Origin: Candidatus Sigynarchaeum calidifontis
GTDB lineage: Archaea; Asgardarchaeota; Lokiarchaeia; Sigyniarchaeales; Sigyniarchaeaceae
Reading direction: 5' to 3'
DNA: 40,161 nt
Assembly: GCA_030587475.2 (NCBI GenBank)
Contig: JAUQYZ020000268.1
Location: 1 to 40,161, forward strand
The translations under genes and the position numbers were made by a program. The notes below the pieces were generated by a model. That model worked only from the letters and a program-made list of their open reading frames with translations. It searched no databases and had not been told where the DNA came from. Positions 35,682-40,161 of this stretch are shown piece by piece (the first letter of the stretch is position 1; each line of letters starts with the position of its first letter).

Positions 35682-35956
35682 GCGCGGCCTTGAAAAAAGG
35701 ATCGCTGCCCGTGCACGAAACCGGCGAATCGATCGCCCGTTTGGATCGGCCATTCGCCGGATCTAATACCGCGTGCGGCGGCGTTTCTTGAACCAAGCAC
35801 TAAACGGCGCATTGCCGGTAGATGAGCATACCAACCGGGTCTTTAACTGATGAGAAAAGAGGAGGACCAGATGAAACGGCAGGAGAAACACGCATTGGCG
35901 GCTAGCAATTGCAACAGGTCGAGCCGTAGCGTGAAAAGATCCCCGATGCGATCCGG

Positions 35957-36454
35957 TCAGCCTTTCTGTTCCGGCGGCGAGTATTTTTCCAGAACGATCT
36001 TCGACTCCTCGATCAAGGCATTGCGAACCTCGTTCGATGAATCGTACTCGCCCAGGTACACGATGCGCTTGATGCCCGCGTTGATGAGAATTTTCGTGCA
36101 ATCGATGCAAGGGAAGGCGGTCACGTAGATGGTCGTGTTACCTTCGATGGAGGTGCCATGGCGTGCTGCTTGGATGATGCAGTTGAGCTCCGCGTGTACC
36201 GCGCGGCACAAGTGTGGGTCCTTGCCCGATGGAATGTTCAATCTCTTGCGGACGCACGTGTCCGGCGTGCAGTGTGGCAATCCCGCGGGCGTACCATTGT
36301 ATCCTGTGCTGATGATGTGCGAATCTTTCACGAGGACAGCACCAACGTCCCGTCGCAAGCAAGTCGATCGCTTGGCAACGATCTTTGCGATTTCCATGAA
36401 ATACTCGTCCTTCTCGAGGCGCCGTTTGGGCACGAACTCGTCCTTTTTCGTCAT
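35957..36454 (-). CDS. dCMP deaminase (ComEB-like)
   Basis: RSTC.RRDVGAV, TGYNG, VHAELN and FPCIDC motifs. The start was moved to ATG 36454. Confidence 0.92.
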   Translation of the reverse strand: MTKKDEFVPKRRLEKDEYFMEIAKIVAKRSTCLRRDVGAVLVKDSHIISTGYNGTPAGLPHCTPDTCVRKRLNIPSGKDPHLCRAVHAELNCIIQAARHGTSIEGNTTIYVTAFPCIDCTKILINAGIKRIVYLGEYDSSNEVRNALIEESKIVLEKYSPPEQKG

Positions 36455-36482
36455 CGATGCCGCGACCTCCACGTGATGAACA

Positions 36483-37898
36483 TCATGATACCGGGGTTTT
36501 AATGAACTTCTGGTGGAGGGCATGGATGGCGGCCTTCAAGTCCTTCGGCTCGATGAGGAAAGAAATGTTCAGCTCCGAAGACCCTTGCGCGATGGCGCGG
36601 ACATTCACGCCCGCATCGCCGAGGGCAGTGAACACCCGGCCCGCGACGCCTTTTTGATAAGCCATGCCGTGCCCGACCACGGCGACGAGGCTCGTTTCCT
36701 CGCGAGAGATGTCGAACCACGCCTTGCCGAAGTCGGGGTCCTCGAATAAAGCCTTCACGGCGAGTGGGCCTTCTTGTTGGCTCACCACGAACGTGATATT
36801 GTTCTCGGATGACGCTTGACTGATGAACATGATGTTTATTTTCTCGCGGGCCATGATCGTGAATAGCCGCGCTGCGATGCCTGGCAGTGAAACCATCGCC
36901 GCGCCTTGCAACGTGATCATCTCGCAATTCTCGACGCACGCGATGGACTTGACGATACTACCGGTTTCTTGCTTTTCGCTGGAGATGCGCGTGCATTTCG
37001 CATCCAGGTCCTTGTTGAAGTTCCGGATCTGGACGGGGATGCCCTTTTCCAAGGTCATCCGCAAGCAAATGGGATGGAGCACCTTCGAGCCGAAATAAGC
37101 GAGTTCCTTGGCCTCGTCGTAGGAGATGTCCTCGATCAACATGGCCGACGGCTCGATCTTCGGGTTGGCCGTGAGCAGCCCGTCGACATCCTTCCAAAAG
37201 AGTACCTCGGGATCGTAAAACTGGGCGAGAATGTTCGCGATGATCGTGGCCGTGAAGTCTGAACCACCCCGCCCTAAGGTGGTGGTCAAGTGATCCTCGG
37301 TTTCCGCATAATATCCGGTGATGATCGCAAAGGCACCTTTCTCGAGCACGGGAAGGATGGCCTTCTTGACCTTCTCCTCCGTCTTGTCCATCATCGGCAT
37401 CGCGTTCCCGAAATCAGCGTTGGTGGTGATGACGACCTCCCCCGAGAGATACTCGGCGGGGATGCCGCTCGATCGCAAGAAGCACGCGAAGAGGAAGGTG
37501 GACAAACGCTCGCCGAATGAAACGATGTAATCTTGCAAGTGCGGGGGAAGGCCGCCCTTGTAAATGTCCCGCGTGGCACCGAGCAGCTTGTTGAACCGCA
37601 CCGAGATGAAATCGAGCGCATCCTGGAGCGCCACGTCGTCCTTGATCATCTGCCGGGCCATGTCGACATGGAAGGCTTCGAGCCTCGCGCAGAAAGATTC
37701 CGCTGCGGCCAAGTCATCGAGGGCAAGCTTGATCAGCTGGAGCAACTGGTCGGTAACGCCCTTGAATGCCGATAGCACGGCGACGGTTGGCGTGCCGGTG
37801 TACCGCTTCATGATGGACAGGGTCTTGGAGAAAGACCCGGCGTCGGCCAAGCAGCTGCCTCCAAATTTATGAATGACCACTTTTTGTTTGCTCGGCAT
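36483..37898 (-). CDS. lysC: aspartate kinase with two ACT domains
   Basis: [49 protein letters not shown], and ACT repeats (QASSE, QGSSE). Confidence 0.95.
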   Translation of the reverse strand: MPSKQKVVIHKFGGSCLADAGSFSKTLSIMKRYTGTPTVAVLSAFKGVTDQLLQLIKLALDDLAAAESFCARLEAFHVDMARQMIKDDVALQDALDFISVRFNKLLGATRDIYKGGLPPHLQDYIVSFGERLSTFLFACFLRSSGIPAEYLSGEVVITTNADFGNAMPMMDKTEEKVKKAILPVLEKGAFAIITGYYAETEDHLTTTLGRGGSDFTATIIANILAQFYDPEVLFWKDVDGLLTANPKIEPSAMLIEDISYDEAKELAYFGSKVLHPICLRMTLEKGIPVQIRNFNKDLDAKCTRISSEKQETGSIVKSIACVENCEMITLQGAAMVSLPGIAARLFTIMAREKINIMFISQASSENNITFVVSQQEGPLAVKALFEDPDFGKAWFDISREETSLVAVVGHGMAYQKGVAGRVFTALGDAGVNVRAIAQGSSELNISFLIEPKDLKAAIHALHQKFIKTPVS

Positions 37899-38151
37899 CA
37901 GGTGAATCGCCCTTTCACGGTGTTTTTTTATTTTACCATGCCACGCGAATATACCATCACGAACCTTTGATACGGGTCATGCCCGGAAACTATTTTCGAC
38001 TCGATCATGCTGGACCTCACGATAAAGACTTTTTCTCGCCAAAAGCGAGAGCCATTTCGTGGAGTGATCGAGACCATTATCATCATTATCTTTTACCAGG
38101 TGGTGCGCATTAAAATAAATGGGAATTTAGCGGAAAAAAGGCAAGGTGGGT

Positions 38152-39399
38152 TCACAAGAGCCAAAAATCCTTGAACGTGTTCTTGGCGGTTTGTTCCCGG
38201 CGGATGCGCAATTCTCCCCAACCCTTCTTGTCGGCCATGGCGGTGTTGCAAATGGCCTTGCCCAGGAGCACGTTCGGGTTGTCGCTCCAGTTCACGTTGA
38301 AAAGCAAGCAGAGCCAGTACACAGTGGACTGGATGAATGCGATGAGGTGGCCTATGTTCTTGACCGTGGGCACGTCGATCGAAAGCATCGCAGAGGGGAT
38401 TGCTTTCTCGATCAAGGCCTCGAGCGTCGCGTTCGCCTGGTAAAGGATCGTCTGCGCCGCGGTTTTCCCTTCGATGTACGATATCGACGAGTTGAGCGGC
38501 ATGTCGTTGGGATCCTTGTCCACGACCCAGAGCAGCGGCATCGTGTGGAATTGCTTGTTGAGGAGCAGCTCGAGCACGCTATGCTGGCACATGGGCGCGG
38601 GCTGGCTCGTGCCGAGCAGGCCGAGGCCGTTCTTGCCCGTGCTTTCCGACAGCTCTTGCACCCACAAGCCGACAGCGCCTTCCAGCCAGGAGAAATAAGG
38701 CATGGAAAACACGTTCCTGAAGCCGTTCTTGTAGAGCCGGAAGAGATAATAGGCGAATCTCTTTGCGATGTTGGCCGAAAAGGGAAGCTTGGGGCCATAG
38801 AGCTCGTAGCCCTCCTCGAGCCCGCTGACGAACACGTCGATGTTGATCCCGGCCAGGTAAGCAGGGACCAGTGCCACGTTCGTGCAAGATGCGGCGAAAC
38901 GCCCGCTCAAGTCGGGCACGTCCATGATGGTGGCCCCGTAGGTCCTGAGAATGCTGTTCATGACACCCTTCGAGTTCAAGCCGAGGATCTTGTACCGGCC
39001 GAAGAGCCCGAGCACGGAATTGATGTCGAGGGTCTCGCCACCCCGTGAAATGGGCACGACGATCGATTTATCCTTGATGCCGGGCACCTTGAAGAGCTCC
39101 TTCAACGCGGTTGGCCGGGAACTCGTGATGGTATGCACGCGCCTCTCGACGAACGGCAGCAATGCCAGAAAGGCCTGGATGCTTCCACCGGTCCCGATCA
39201 CGACCACGTGCTCGATGCCCCGCTCGAGGATCGGATCGCAATGCCGCTTGATCTCGCCCATGTCGAAGCATTTTCTGGGCTCGAAAAAGAACGGCTTGTC
39301 CCAGTTCTTGGCGTTTTTCTTGAGCTCGAAATCGACGTCCATGTTGTCCGCGGGGAGCGCCGGGTAAAATTCTATGTCCAGTACGGGCATGGTTTCCAC
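38152..39399 (-). CDS. pgi: glucose-6-phosphate isomerase (PGI superfamily), divergent
   Basis: IGTGGS, ISRGGET, SGRF, QELSESTGK (catalytic Glu), QHS (His) and terminal GK (Lys). The start could be GTG 39399 or ATG 39390. Confidence 0.75.
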   Translation of the reverse strand: METMPVLDIEFYPALPADNMDVDFELKKNAKNWDKPFFFEPRKCFDMGEIKRHCDPILERGIEHVVVIGTGGSIQAFLALLPFVERRVHTITSSRPTALKELFKVPGIKDKSIVVPISRGGETLDINSVLGLFGRYKILGLNSKGVMNSILRTYGATIMDVPDLSGRFAASCTNVALVPAYLAGINIDVFVSGLEEGYELYGPKLPFSANIAKRFAYYLFRLYKNGFRNVFSMPYFSWLEGAVGLWVQELSESTGKNGLGLLGTSQPAPMCQHSVLELLLNKQFHTMPLLWVVDKDPNDMPLNSSISYIEGKTAAQTILYQANATLEALIEKAIPSAMLSIDVPTVKNIGHLIAFIQSTVYWLCLLFNVNWSDNPNVLLGKAICNTAMADKKGWGELRIRREQTAKNTFKDFWLL

Positions 39400-39465
39400 T
39401 CGTGTAGATGCCTTCTTCTGGGTAGTTATAGAGCGAAGCGATACAAAAAGCTTGTATCGCGGCCG

Positions 39466-40011
39466 TCATGGAGGGCCCCGCCGGGCGCTAGTGAAGTTCG
39501 TTCCGGGGGTCTTGGCATCGTCAAGCCGGGCGCCGCGCAAGTCGGCAAAAGAAAGATCGGCGTTCTCGAGGTCTGTGCCGGACAAGTCGGCACCGCGAAA
39601 GTCGCAATGGACGAGCTTCGACCTGGAAAAGTCGTCGCGGGAGAGCTTGGCGTTTCGGAAGGATGTGCCCGTGAAGTCCGCGTCCGTGAGCACGCTGCCC
39701 GTGAGATCCGCACCACTAAGGTCTTGCCCCCGGCAAAGGGAGCCGATCCACTCGGAATACGGGAGCACGAGGCCGTGCAGCGCGAGCCCCTCGATCTTCT
39801 TGTACCGCAACTCTGCCTCGTTCCCGGCCGGGCCGCGGTATATCGCGAAGACCACGCCGGCGGCGAGCAGCGTCTCCCAGGTTCCACCGCCGCCACCCGA
39901 CGCGATGAATGCCTGGTGCTTCTTGACGATGGCATCCAACTGCTCTTGCGACAAGGGCGAATCCTCTGCTATCTCCCACATGAGCCTGGTGTCGATCTTG
40001 CTGTCGGTCAT
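39466..40011 (-). CDS. pentapeptide-repeat protein
   Basis: Tandem A(D/N)LxX repeats (QDLSG ADLTG SVLTD ADFTG...). The start was moved to ATG 40011. Confidence 0.88.
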   Translation of the reverse strand: MTDSKIDTRLMWEIAEDSPLSQEQLDAIVKKHQAFIASGGGGGTWETLLAAGVVFAIYRGPAGNEAELRYKKIEGLALHGLVLPYSEWIGSLCRGQDLSGADLTGSVLTDADFTGTSFRNAKLSRDDFSRSKLVHCDFRGADLSGTDLENADLSFADLRGARLDDAKTPGTNFTSARRGPP

Positions 40012-40098
40012 GGCGCGTGCCTGGTTCGGGTGTAAAAAGGTGTATGAAAAAAAGCAATACCAGGTACGACCATGCAAGTTATGCCCCGAGGAACACTC

Positions 40099-40161
40099 TT
40101 ATTTTTTCTCGGTCTCCCGGTACCACTTGTTGAGCGTCTCGATAGCGGCTTGCAAATCCTC
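40099..40161 (-). CDS. 3' end of a gene starting beyond the window
   Basis: An open frame from the window edge reads EDLQAAIETLNKWYRETEKK, then TAA. Confidence 0.5.
   Translation of the reverse strand, partial: EDLQAAIETLNKWYRETEKK

Noticed and set aside
35847-35877. Hammerhead-ribozyme-like core CTGATGA...GAAAC
   Set aside because: The intervening sequence (gaaaagaggaggaccagat) cannot form stem II, and no matching stems I/III are evident.
39520-39730. Repetitive DNA that might be a CRISPR or tandem array
   Set aside because: It is explained by pentapeptide-repeat coding sequence, and there is no repeat-spacer structure anywhere in the window.

Overview
A gene-dense, moderately GC-rich archaeal window, most likely from an Asgard archaeon (Lokiarchaeia-like). 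This is inferred from the Rab- and Rag-like GTPases, longin/uDENN-like domains, an arrestin-fold protein, an FrhB-family protein and C-terminal zinc ribbons. I see no rRNA, tRNA, CRISPR array or mobile element. Main observations: (1) A tightly packed six-gene minus-strand cluster (29713-35582) encodes an FrhB-family flavo-FeS protein, a Rag/Gtr-like GTPase, an arrestin-like protein, a longin/uDENN-like protein, a CBS-pair protein and a GNAT. Three of these unrelated proteins end in the same ~100-aa Ig-like domain, which suggests a redox/energy-sensing GTPase signalling complex. (2) A peroxiredoxin-like selenoprotein gene missing from the ORF track (26455-26931, minus strand) has an in-frame TGA in a UxxC motif and a structured 3' UTR. 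(3) A second eukaryote-like cluster holds a HEAT + adaptin-appendage-like protein, a longin-Rab fusion and a Rag-like GTPase. (4) An RpoM/TFS-like zinc-ribbon gene appears to start at CTG. (5) An RHH-HisKA-REC regulator lacks an ATPase domain. The remainder is transport, sugar and glycoside catabolism and housekeeping genes. All domain calls are by-eye motif recognition; no searches were run.
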